NCBI GenBank assembly: GCA_947167155.1
Contig: CAMVHB010000002.1
Location: 877 to 64,876 of the forward strand
Source of the DNA: an uncultured Lachnospiraceae bacterium
GTDB lineage: Bacteria; Bacillota; Clostridia; Lachnospirales; Lachnospiraceae
Length of the DNA: 64,000 bases
Direction of reading: 5' to 3'
The notes under the pieces were generated by a model. The model ran no database searches, was not told where the DNA came from, and worked only from the letters and a program-made list of their open reading frames with translations. The number at the start of each line of letters is the position of its first letter. The first letter of the stretch is position 1. Both the position numbers and the translations under genes were made by a program. Of this stretch, positions 8,050-16,790 are shown piece by piece.

Positions 8050-9634
8050 TGGTATTCACCCCCTTCAGTATCTTTGATGGTTTGCGTCGTTTCGGATTGA
8101 TGTTGATGCTGAGTCTGCTTATTATCCTCCCGATCAGAACCTCCAGAGCGAAGTAGATGATCGTCACGGCGATCAGTGGGAAAAATGCCTCATAGGTGCG
8201 GCTTCGGACGATATCGCCCATCTTGGTCAGATCCTGTACCGCGATATAACCAACGATCGCCGTCGCCTTGATGAGGCTTACGACCTCGCCTTTGTAGGCG
8301 GGCAGCACATGATAAAGCGCCTGGGGAAGTATGATCCGAAAGAAGGTTCTGGTATTTGAATAGCCGAGCGCGTACGCGGCTTCGTATTGCCCTCTGTCGA
8401 TCGTACCAACCCCCATCTTCAGAAGTCCAAATACCGCCGCTCCAAAGATAAGCGTAAAGCCGATCACTGAAACGGCTACACCGCTTATCGAAACCGATCC
8501 AAAGACAATGAAATAAAGGACCATCAAAAGGACGACCGCCGGCATACCCTGTATGAGCCACATGAATATCCTGGTGATAATATTTGCCACGGGGTTTTTG
8601 TTCCTGCAGAGCATGAATATCAGAAAACCAAGGATCGTGCCGAAGAGCATAGCGAGGAGCGTGATAACAAGGGTCGTCAAAACACCTTCCAAAAAGAGTT
8701 TCCAGCGTTCCTCACGGACAAAGGTCTTTTCGAAGCTTTCCCCGATACTTCTGAGAAACGAATTATCCGACCCGGGGCTGACATTTGATCCGGCGCCTGC
8801 ATTATTCTTCAATATCATGAGCTTGGCGCTGCTTTTGTAGTAGGGAATTGAGAAATTGACGCTTTCCTTCCGCTCCTCGGAGATGGTGATGCAGGCCAAG
8901 CCAAAATCTGCCTTGCCTGTTTGAGCTGAAGCCAGAACGCCGTCGAAGTTCATGGCATCGATCATCAATCCGTAACCGTAAGCCTCGCAAAACCGGGCGG
9001 CAAGATCCACCTCAACTCCCACGATCTCAGTTCCACGAAAGTAATCCAATGGAGGATATGAGCCCTCGGTAGCCATGGTGATTATCCCGTTTGGCGCAGG
9101 GAAATTCGAATAGTCCGGCAGGGTCTTTTTTTCTTCCGGTCCGGTTTTCCATTTCATGAAGATCTCATCCAGCTCACCGCTTGCCTTCAGCTTTGCGATA
9201 AATTCATTGAACTCTGAAAGGAGCTTCTCCCCCTTTTGTGTCTTTGGAAATATTGCGCCCAAATCATAGTCCTGCAAGCTCTCGTCAAGAATCTCCAGTC
9301 TGTCATTCTCTGAAGCCGCCATTGAGAACACCGGCTCGTCACCGGCGATGCTATCGACCTTATCAGCCTCCAGCGCCGCTATCATATCAGAGATATTGTT
9401 GTAATAGCTGAGCTTTGCATCAGGAAGCGCTTTGATCACAAACGTGTCATTCATGGTACCCGCAAGCACGCCGACACGTTTGCCGTTGTAATCGGAAACC
9501 CTGCGCCCTGCCGAACCGGCATTTGCCGAAGAAGTGTCTGTCCCTTCAGCCCTTGATACGACTCCTGCAAGAAAACTCAATGACAGGGTAAATATCATGA
9601 TAAGAAGGATCAGTTTTGCGCCTTTTTTCTTCAA
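8036..9634 (-). CDS. amino-acid ABC transporter, fused substrate-binding domain plus permease (532 aa)
   Basis: Signal-like N-terminus, SBP_bac_3-type segments and a permease. TTG start preceded by GGGAGG. Confidence 0.85.
   Translation of the reverse strand: MKKKGAKLILLIMIFTLSLSFLAGVVSRAEGTDTSSANAGSAGRRVSDYNGKRVGVLAGTMNDTFVIKALPDAKLSYYNNISDMIAALEADKVDSIAGDEPVFSMAASENDRLEILDESLQDYDLGAIFPKTQKGEKLLSEFNEFIAKLKASGELDEIFMKWKTGPEEKKTLPDYSNFPAPNGIITMATEGSYPPLDYFRGTEIVGVEVDLAARFCEAYGYGLMIDAMNFDGVLASAQTGKADFGLACITISEERKESVNFSIPYYKSSAKLMILKNNAGAGSNVSPGSDNSFLRSIGESFEKTFVREERWKLFLEGVLTTLVITLLAMLFGTILGFLIFMLCRNKNPVANIITRIFMWLIQGMPAVVLLMVLYFIVFGSVSISGVAVSVIGFTLIFGAAVFGLLKMGVGTIDRGQYEAAYALGYSNTRTFFRIILPQALYHVLPAYKGEVVSLIKATAIVGYIAVQDLTKMGDIVRSRTYEAFFPLIAVTIIYFALEVLIGRIISRLSININPKRRKPSKILKGVNTNDQN
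8042..8761 (-). repeat. duplicated permease module, copy 2
   Basis: Counterpart of 4155-4874. Confidence 0.85.
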
Positions 9635-9653
9635 TCAAAACCTCCCAAACCCA

Positions 9654-11321
9654 TTATTTTCCATTATATTCCACACAGAGCATCGTAAAGTCGTCAAACT
9701 GATCTGCGTCTTTTACGAATCCGTCGATCGCAGATGTGACATTATTTAATACCGTCTTGGGCGCGGCTGCGGGATCTTTGTTCAGTGCACGGAGCATGCG
9801 GTCCTTTCCGAAAAGCTCTTTGTCTGAATCAGTCGCTTCAGGCACACCGTCCGTATACAAGAATACCTTTGAACCGGGAGTGAGCATAAGTTCATATTCC
9901 GTATATTTCAAGCCTGCCATTCCGCCAATTACAAAGCCGTGTTTGTCCTTGTAAAGTTCAAAGCTTCCTTTTCCGAATCGAATAGCCGGGTACTCATGCC
10001 CCGCGCTTGCCGCCGTCATCTTCCCGGTTGAGAGCTCGATTATCCCGAGCCACACGGTAACAAACATTTCCTCACGGTTGCTGGGGCATATTGCATTATT
10101 GGTATCCTCAAGGATCTTTGCGGGGGACTTGCCGCTCATGGCGTTGTTGGCGATGATTATCTTTGAAGCCATCATGAAAAGAGCCGCAGGAACGCCTTTT
10201 CCCGATACATCTGCTATGAGGATACAAAGGTGGTCGTCGTCTGTCAGGAAGAAATCGTAGAAATCCCCTCCGACCTCCTTTGCAGGCGTCATGGACGCAT
10301 ATATATCAAAATCAGATCTTCCCGGAAAAGCGGGAAAAATACCGGGCAGCATGCTGGCCTGGATCCTGGTCGCAAGAGAAAGCTCTGTACCGATCCGCTC
10401 CTTCTCTGCTGTCACCGACTTCAGGTTTGCGGTATACGAAGAAACCCCGTCAGCGAGGCTTTTCACATTGTCTGCAAGAAGCTCAAGCTCACCACCCGTC
10501 TTTACCTCAACAGGTTCATATACAAGCTCCTCCGGCGCGGCACCCGCCTTCATTTTTCCTACAAATGAATCGCTGTTTCTGACTATCTTCAGGATGGGAC
10601 TTACAAGATAATGCCTCGTATAGATCACATACAAAATGATGATCACAGCGGTGAGTAAAATTGCGATCAAGATAACCGAGCCCATGAAGCGGCGGACATT
10701 GTCATATATCCTGTTGGTATTGATCTCGACACAGATGAGGCCCGCAGCATCGCCGTTGCTGTCGAATACGACATGGTAGCCGTTGAGCATATGGCCATAT
10801 ACAGTTGAATAGCCCTCGAGCGTCCCGCTGTCAGGCTTTTTGGTCTTTACCGCCTCCTGCAGGATCTTTAATGTATCCTCCTCGAAGCTTCCCTCCTCAC
10901 AGGGCACTCCCATATACGTATAGATCTGTGAAAGAGTCTTGCCTTCGCTTTGTGCCACCTGAAGTTCCTCTTTCGTTCTTGTATTGATCGCGTATCTGAG
11001 ACTGCGGATATCGTCCGCATCCTCGAAATAAACGGCATAAAGATATTCAATGCTGGAGTTGTCCTTTATCCTGTTAAGTCTTGTGCGAAGCTCCTCATAA
11101 CCATCAGGCATGGACCTCTCAGCGATCATATCGCCAAAGTTGTAGTCCAAAGCCTCCTCATATGCATATTTCAGAACAGTATCTGCATAGTCGATGTAGC
11201 TCTCCCTTACGTTGTTGACATAAAATGCGCATCCTATGGCAGCAATTGCAGCCGTAAGAATCCCCATAAAGACTACAGCATTCACAGCAACTCTGTGTTT
11301 TAAACTGAGTTTGTTTTTCAT
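9654..11321 (-). CDS. membrane-bound sensor PP2C (SpoIIE/RsbU-family) serine phosphatase
   Basis: Two TM segments flank an extracytoplasmic domain of about 190 aa that looks Cache-like. A linker follows, then the PP2C core with 'EVGGDFYDFF' and 'ADVSGKGVPAALFM'. Confidence 0.8.
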   Translation of the reverse strand: MKNKLSLKHRVAVNAVVFMGILTAAIAAIGCAFYVNNVRESYIDYADTVLKYAYEEALDYNFGDMIAERSMPDGYEELRTRLNRIKDNSSIEYLYAVYFEDADDIRSLRYAINTRTKEELQVAQSEGKTLSQIYTYMGVPCEEGSFEEDTLKILQEAVKTKKPDSGTLEGYSTVYGHMLNGYHVVFDSNGDAAGLICVEINTNRIYDNVRRFMGSVILIAILLTAVIIILYVIYTRHYLVSPILKIVRNSDSFVGKMKAGAAPEELVYEPVEVKTGGELELLADNVKSLADGVSSYTANLKSVTAEKERIGTELSLATRIQASMLPGIFPAFPGRSDFDIYASMTPAKEVGGDFYDFFLTDDDHLCILIADVSGKGVPAALFMMASKIIIANNAMSGKSPAKILEDTNNAICPSNREEMFVTVWLGIIELSTGKMTAASAGHEYPAIRFGKGSFELYKDKHGFVIGGMAGLKYTEYELMLTPGSKVFLYTDGVPEATDSDKELFGKDRMLRALNKDPAAAPKTVLNNVTSAIDGFVKDADQFDDFTMLCVEYNGK

Positions 11322-12829
11322 TCCAGTCTCTTCGTTCTATTCTTTGTCCTCTTCATACTGAGGCCTATAGCGCCCTGCGGACAGACCAGCCGGCAAAGAT
11401 GGCATCCGACACATCTGCTCCCGTCAAGCCTCGGCTTTCTATCAACAAAGCTGAGTGCCTGATGCCCTCCATCATTGCAGGAGATCACGCATCTTCCGCA
11501 TCCGATGCACTTCTCCGGCTCAAAACGGGGGAAAAGGATTGAATCCCTCTCCAGTATATCAGTCGTATCGCTGATCGTTGATAGTCCGGCGCCAATGATA
11601 TCCTTTATGGAATTCAAGCCCCTCCCTGCAAGATAATAATTAAGTCCCGCCTTCAGATCATCAATGATCCTGTACCCGTATTGCATCACTGCTGTCGCTA
11701 TCTGGACGGAACCGGCTCCCATCAGGATAAATTCCAAAGCATCACGCCAGGTCTCTATTCCTCCGATCCCGCTTATATGAAGCCCCGAAAGCAGCCTGTT
11801 GTTCCCAAGTTCCGCGAGGAATCTAAGTGCGATCGGCTTCACTGCACTTCCGCTGTATCCTCCTATGGCAGACTTCCCATTCACATCCGGAGAAGAAACA
11901 TATGTAAGGGGATCGATCCCCATAACGCTTTTGATCGTATTGATCAAGGAAAGTCCATCCGCTCCGCCTCTTTTTGCAGCCTCTGCAGCCGGTGACATTA
12001 CCGCAACATTTGGCGTCAGCTTTGGAAGCACAGGTATGGAAGTGCCTCGTTTTGCGGCCCTTGTATACTTCTCTACAAGCTCCGGGACCTGACCGATATC
12101 AGACCCCAGGCCATTCTCCTGCATATTGGGACATGAAAAATTGAGTTCTACAGCATCTGCCCCGTTTTCTCCACAAAGTTTTGCAAGGGATTCCCACTCT
12201 TCCTCATTCTGCCCCATGATGGAAGCCAGGATGAATCTTGAGGGATAATTCTTTTTCAATTCCCTCAGAATGCTCATATCTTCAGCTACACTGTGTTCTG
12301 ACAGCTGCTCTATATTTTTAAAGCCCAGAAAGCTGCCATTTTCCCCTTTGATCGCTGAATACCGCGGTGAAGCCTCATGTATATCAATAGAGCAGATGGT
12401 CTTGAAGCATACTCCGCCCCACCCGGCTTCAAAGGCTCTTGCGCACATATCATAAGTAGACGCAACTACAGAGGACGCGAGCAAAAAAGGATTTTCCAAA
12501 GGTATCCCGCAGATATCACATTTCAGGCGCTCCTCATCCGGCGGCAGATCGCTCTCACACTTCGGGCGAACATTGCAGGAAAGATGCGTCATAAGCGCTT
12601 TGATATTCACCTTTGACGTGCTTATGCAGGCCCCTTCACAAGGGGCGCTGCAGTCCAGGCAAGGGTTTTCTGCCGGTATCTTTTTCGCTGCAACCGACTG
12701 ATCATCAAACCAGATGCTCCTGAGCGCCTCCGCCGGATCAAAACTCTCGCAGGCTTTGCTGCATGGAGCATCCTTACACAAAAGGCATGAGATCATATCT
12801 GAACGCTTAAGCCGATCCTGTAAAAGCAT
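11318..12829 (-). CDS. dihydropyrimidine/dihydroorotate dehydrogenase-family flavoprotein with Fe-S domains (PreA-like)
   Basis: TIM-barrel DHOD/DHPD-like core. C-terminal 2x[4Fe-4S] motifs 'CIGCGRCVISC' and 'CVGCHLCRLVCP'. Extra N-terminal Cys clusters 'CLLCKDAPCSKAC' and 'CLDCSAPCEGAC'. Confidence 0.7.
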   Translation of the reverse strand: MLLQDRLKRSDMISCLLCKDAPCSKACESFDPAEALRSIWFDDQSVAAKKIPAENPCLDCSAPCEGACISTSKVNIKALMTHLSCNVRPKCESDLPPDEERLKCDICGIPLENPFLLASSVVASTYDMCARAFEAGWGGVCFKTICSIDIHEASPRYSAIKGENGSFLGFKNIEQLSEHSVAEDMSILRELKKNYPSRFILASIMGQNEEEWESLAKLCGENGADAVELNFSCPNMQENGLGSDIGQVPELVEKYTRAAKRGTSIPVLPKLTPNVAVMSPAAEAAKRGGADGLSLINTIKSVMGIDPLTYVSSPDVNGKSAIGGYSGSAVKPIALRFLAELGNNRLLSGLHISGIGGIETWRDALEFILMGAGSVQIATAVMQYGYRIIDDLKAGLNYYLAGRGLNSIKDIIGAGLSTISDTTDILERDSILFPRFEPEKCIGCGRCVISCNDGGHQALSFVDRKPRLDGSRCVGCHLCRLVCPQGAIGLSMKRTKNRTKRLE

Positions 12830-12868
12830 TACTGCTTCATCTCCTTCTAATGAGCTTCTTCCTGATGA

Positions 12869-15373
12869 TCAGTACGTAAGACCAAACCCCCTTGCGTAAA
12901 GGTTTTCCATCCCAAAGCCAAGCTTGCCGCCGTCCTGCTCCAGAACCACAGGAACATTTACGGGAAGCTTACCCTTTGGAGCGTTAAGTCCAAATACAGT
13001 ATCAAGGGCCGCAATGATATTCGCATTTCTTGCTATAAGACCTGTCCCGCTCTCCGTCTTTTCGGTCGGATCGAGATTGAGTCCGGAACCAAGATAGGCA
13101 AGTACTATCGCATCCGCATCCTTGTATACCGCTGAGTCATACGGGAGGTTCTGGCTTATGAGTACAAAGCGCCCTCCCGCCTTGTGGGTATCCTCTATAG
13201 CGGTCTGAAGGGCTATGTATTCGGCATTATCTTTGTTAAGATATGAGCTTCCGGATGCATTTGAAAAGCCAATGACTGTGCCGGCGTTTTTGATCTTTTC
13301 CTTCAATTCATCCGTATAATGCAGCTTCACATCAGAAGATGAATCATAATAATAATCTACCGTAACATCTGAAGATGCCCCGATAGCGCCGCTTTCCTTC
13401 AGGCTGTTCATCGTGGAAATGATCGTGGTAAGGTAATTTTTTAAGCGCCCGAGGACCACGACATTGCCGCTGTCCTTTGAAAGAGGCAGGGCATTATTTT
13501 CATTCTTTACAAGGGTGATCGCTTCCCTTGCGATCCTCATCTCTTCATCATGATGCTCCAGAGAGCCTACTGTCTCAAGGCTGTGCCTGACCTTATCTTC
13601 AATGTAGACAGCATTGTCAAGCTCTCCCCGTGCGTCAAATATGTAATATTTCTGCTTCAATTTCAGGATCCGCCTGACGCTCTCATCTATCCTTTCCTCG
13701 CTTATCTCGCCCGCATTGACCTTTTCCTCTATCCCCGAAATATAATCATCATAGAACTCAGCAACTTCAGCGCTGTTAAGGTCAACAGGGAGCAGCAAAA
13801 GATCAACGCCCGCATTTATCACCTCTTTTGCAATATTGATCCTGTATTCGGTCGAATCATTTTCACCGGGAACAAGACCGGCCTTTCCTATGGCTGCCAT
13901 TTCAAGAGCATCTGTTACAACTACCCCGTCATAATCAAGATCGTTCCTGAGAATATCAGTGATCATCTTCTTTGACATCGTCGCAGGATAATACCCCTTC
14001 GTCACGCCGTCCCCGAAGGTCACTTCATCATCGATAAGGGGATAGGTAATATGAGCGGTCATTATCATATCCGCCCCGTTTTCTATCGCGTTCTTGAAGG
14101 GGACAAGCTCTGTGTTTTGTATCTCTTCATAGGTCTTTTCAACGGACGGCGTACCTATATGGCTGTCTGTCGCAGTGTCGCCATGTCCGGGGAAATGTTT
14201 GTAGGTTGCGATGATATTATTCTCTGCAAGCCCTTTCGAATAAGCAACTCCAAGCTTTGATACGAGAAGGGGATCATCGGAAAATGATCTCGTGCCGATT
14301 ACAGGATTTGAGGGATTGTTGTTTACATCAATATCCGGCGCAAAATCAGTATTGAAGCCAACTGCAGCAAGTTCTTCACCGAGTACGATACCTGTCTTTT
14401 CGGCATTCTTTTCCGAATCCGCTGTCGCTCCGATTGCCATATTACCGGTCATTCGCGTTCCGGAGTTCAGACGGATGACTATGCCGCCCTCTTCATCAAC
14501 TGTAGTCAGATAAGGGATGTTGGTAGAGACATTCTCGTTTTCAAGATTATTGTTCTGAAGATCATTCAGGAGCCTCGTAACCTGTTCTGTCCCCGTTATG
14601 TTTGAGGCATATAGTATGATCCCGCCGTATTGATGTTTTTTCAGGGCTTCCGCAAGTTCAGGAGCGGCGGAAAGGTCAGTCATATTCGTCCCGTTCCAGG
14701 TCCGGAATGCAGGGATGATCATCTGTGAGATCTTCTCATCCATCGACATGTTTTCAATAACACTGTCAATTGCGGCCGATACCGAAGGATCTTCTTCATA
14801 TCCGAAGAATTTGATGTAGCCCTCCTGCCAGCCGAGGTCAAGAAGTCCCCTTATCTCATCGCCATTGATCGTGAAATGATGAGCGCCTGACATTCCAAGC
14901 GCATAGGCATTGGGATTGTAAACGCCAAAGACCGGGACTGAATCGTCTTCGCTAACGGAAGCTGAATAGAACAAAGCATCGTCCTTCTGCCAACCTGCCT
15001 CAATGAGGCTTGAAACCTCAGCAGGATTCATTGTGTAATGATGGTCTCCAATGTTGTTTCCGCTAAGATCGGTTACATTTGGATTGTAAAGTCTGTAAAC
15101 CGGATCGCCGCTTACGGGCGCATACCACTTTATATCGCCCTCTTCCCATCCCAGCAGGGTAAGACTCGCTGCTTCGTCTTCGTTGGCCGTGAAGAAATGC
15201 TCACCGCTGTTGGGGTTGTAGAGACCATATACAGGTACTGCCGTTTCATTTGTTGCGGTCACATCAAAACCGCTTTCTTTCGCAAGTGAAGCTGTTGCTA
15301 AGCCGGGCGCGAATGTGAGCGCCATAGCGGTTGACATGATCAGTGAAACGAGCTTTTTGCCAAACTTGTTCAT
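12869..15373 (-). CDS. secreted glycoside hydrolase family 3 (NagZ/beta-N-acetylhexosaminidase-like) with N-terminal repeats
   Basis: 'KHFPGHGDTATDSH' GH3 motif. Three N-terminal repeats: 'YGLYNPNSGEHFFT', 'YRLYNPN...GDHHYT' and 'FGVYNPN...GAHHFT'. Signal peptide present. I trimmed the start to the ATG at 15373, preceded by AAAGGAG. Confidence 0.8.
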   Translation of the reverse strand: MNKFGKKLVSLIMSTAMALTFAPGLATASLAKESGFDVTATNETAVPVYGLYNPNSGEHFFTANEDEAASLTLLGWEEGDIKWYAPVSGDPVYRLYNPNVTDLSGNNIGDHHYTMNPAEVSSLIEAGWQKDDALFYSASVSEDDSVPVFGVYNPNAYALGMSGAHHFTINGDEIRGLLDLGWQEGYIKFFGYEEDPSVSAAIDSVIENMSMDEKISQMIIPAFRTWNGTNMTDLSAAPELAEALKKHQYGGIILYASNITGTEQVTRLLNDLQNNNLENENVSTNIPYLTTVDEEGGIVIRLNSGTRMTGNMAIGATADSEKNAEKTGIVLGEELAAVGFNTDFAPDIDVNNNPSNPVIGTRSFSDDPLLVSKLGVAYSKGLAENNIIATYKHFPGHGDTATDSHIGTPSVEKTYEEIQNTELVPFKNAIENGADMIMTAHITYPLIDDEVTFGDGVTKGYYPATMSKKMITDILRNDLDYDGVVVTDALEMAAIGKAGLVPGENDSTEYRINIAKEVINAGVDLLLLPVDLNSAEVAEFYDDYISGIEEKVNAGEISEERIDESVRRILKLKQKYYIFDARGELDNAVYIEDKVRHSLETVGSLEHHDEEMRIAREAITLVKNENNALPLSKDSGNVVVLGRLKNYLTTIISTMNSLKESGAIGASSDVTVDYYYDSSSDVKLHYTDELKEKIKNAGTVIGFSNASGSSYLNKDNAEYIALQTAIEDTHKAGGRFVLISQNLPYDSAVYKDADAIVLAYLGSGLNLDPTEKTESGTGLIARNANIIAALDTVFGLNAPKGKLPVNVPVVLEQDGGKLGFGMENLYARGFGLTY

Positions 15374-15403
15374 TAACCGTTCTCCTTTCATAGAGAAATC
15401 ATC

Positions 15404-15658
15404 TTACTTTTTCTTGAACTTGATCTTTATCTTTCGCTTCAGAGCATATTTTGTAAGAAGCCTGTCAAGAAGCCAGAAATCCGGACCTTCGTTCTCTATC
15501 TTTGCTTTTCCCAGATTGAATTCGATGTCATCCGTGATGAGAAGGGCGAGCTTCCTTACAAGTTCCTCCTTTTCCTTGTCCTCGACAACTTAATGCTCCG
15601 GCAGGAAGTCGTTCTCATTAAAGGTGTAATCTTTGTACTTCTCAGGTATTTTCGCCAT
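15404..15658 (-). pseudogene. short ORF interrupted by an in-frame TAA (gene remnant?)
   Basis: AGGGGGA RBS plus ATG at 15658, giving 'MAKIPEKYKDYTFNENDFLPEH'. A TAA follows at 15590-15592. The same frame continues as 'VVEDKEKEELVRKLALLITDD...GPDFWLLDRLL...' to 15404. Confidence 0.3.
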
Positions 15659-15711
15659 AATAATCCCCCTTTTTTAAATAATTATTGGCGTCAAAACCGC
15701 TTATATTTTAT

Positions 15712-15745
15712 CAGAAAAAACATAAGGGTGACAAGGTATTGTCCC
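15712..15745 (-). terminator. rho-independent terminator after the DHH gene
   Basis: The minus strand reads GGGACAATACCTTGTCACCC (7-bp stem with one bulge), followed by TTATGTTTTTTCTG. Confidence 0.45.
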
Positions 15746-15764
15746 TCATCACCCCGACAGCTTT

Positions 15765-16751
15765 TCAGATTTCTCTCAGCCGCTTTTCAGCTGAAAGGAA
15801 ACGCTCCCTTATCGCATCATCCGGGAACGCTCCAAGCTTCTCCACGTTTTCTGCGGGTATGAAGCCGCCTGCCATGAAGGAATGCCCGCCACCGGAGCCG
15901 ATATCCTTTACTGCCTCAGCGATGAGCTTTCCGGCATTTACTCTCACGACCTCGGAGCGCACGGAAAACTTGATCCCGTCCTTTCTGTGAGCATATACAA
16001 CCGCCACATCAACTTCATCCAAAGACAGTATGAAATCAGCCACCATTCCTATCTGCGCGTCCGGGCAGGCAAAGGGTATCCCCGCAAAACCTATCCTGTC
16101 ATATACAAAGATGCTCTCTATCGCTGCGCCATAGGCCTGAAGGTCCGAAAACTCCATGCTGTTCATCGTGAGGCGCTCGATGATGTCCTGTGAAGACCGG
16201 TCCAAAAGATAAGAAAACGCCTTTATATCAGCCTGTGTCACACCTCTTGTAAAATTCATGGTATCGATCTTGAGTCCGTACAAAAGCGCTGTGGCAGTAT
16301 ATTCATCAGGCTCTATCGAAAGCTCCTCATAGTACTGGGTGATCAGAGTGGCGCAGCTGCCGACCGTCCTCACATCCCGATACATATAATCCACGTTTTC
16401 GATCAGCGGATGATGATCGATGCAGGCTATCTCATCGCCGGGAAGATCCTTGATATTTCCGCCTCCCTTCTGGGAGTCAACGCATATGACGGGATCAGTG
16501 CTTCTCATCTCAAGCGGGGTCTCGTCCTCGGAATAGATCTTGATATTGCAGAGCTCTGTCATCTTTTTGGTATTTATCCTGTCGATCTGACCGACATAAC
16601 AGAGGATCGAGTCGATACCAAAGCTTTTCAATATCCCCTGAAGCCCGAAGCCCGCGCCTATGGCGTCAGGATCCGGAAAGTTGTGGGTTTGAATGAACAC
16701 CCTTTTGCCCTTAAGATATTCTATGAGCTTATCGAATGAGGATCTGTCCAT
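15765..16751 (-). CDS. DHH/DHHA1-family phosphoesterase (second paralog)
   Basis: 'NFPDPDAIGAG', 'CIDHHP' and 'GSGGGHSFMAGG'. Confidence 0.75.
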   Translation of the reverse strand: MDRSSFDKLIEYLKGKRVFIQTHNFPDPDAIGAGFGLQGILKSFGIDSILCYVGQIDRINTKKMTELCNIKIYSEDETPLEMRSTDPVICVDSQKGGGNIKDLPGDEIACIDHHPLIENVDYMYRDVRTVGSCATLITQYYEELSIEPDEYTATALLYGLKIDTMNFTRGVTQADIKAFSYLLDRSSQDIIERLTMNSMEFSDLQAYGAAIESIFVYDRIGFAGIPFACPDAQIGMVADFILSLDEVDVAVVYAHRKDGIKFSVRSEVVRVNAGKLIAEAVKDIGSGGGHSFMAGGFIPAENVEKLGAFPDDAIRERFLSAEKRLREI

Positions 16752-16790
16752 AAAGCCTCCTTCCCTGAAAGTTTTCTTTCAAAGCCTTTA

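Noticed and set aside
15726-15752. Possible fourth copy of the 29-nt dispersed repeat (GGGTGACAAGGTATTGTCCC...)
   Set aside because: Only the first ~10 nt match. On the minus strand the sequence folds as a hairpin followed by a T-run directly after the DHH gene, so I call it a terminator.
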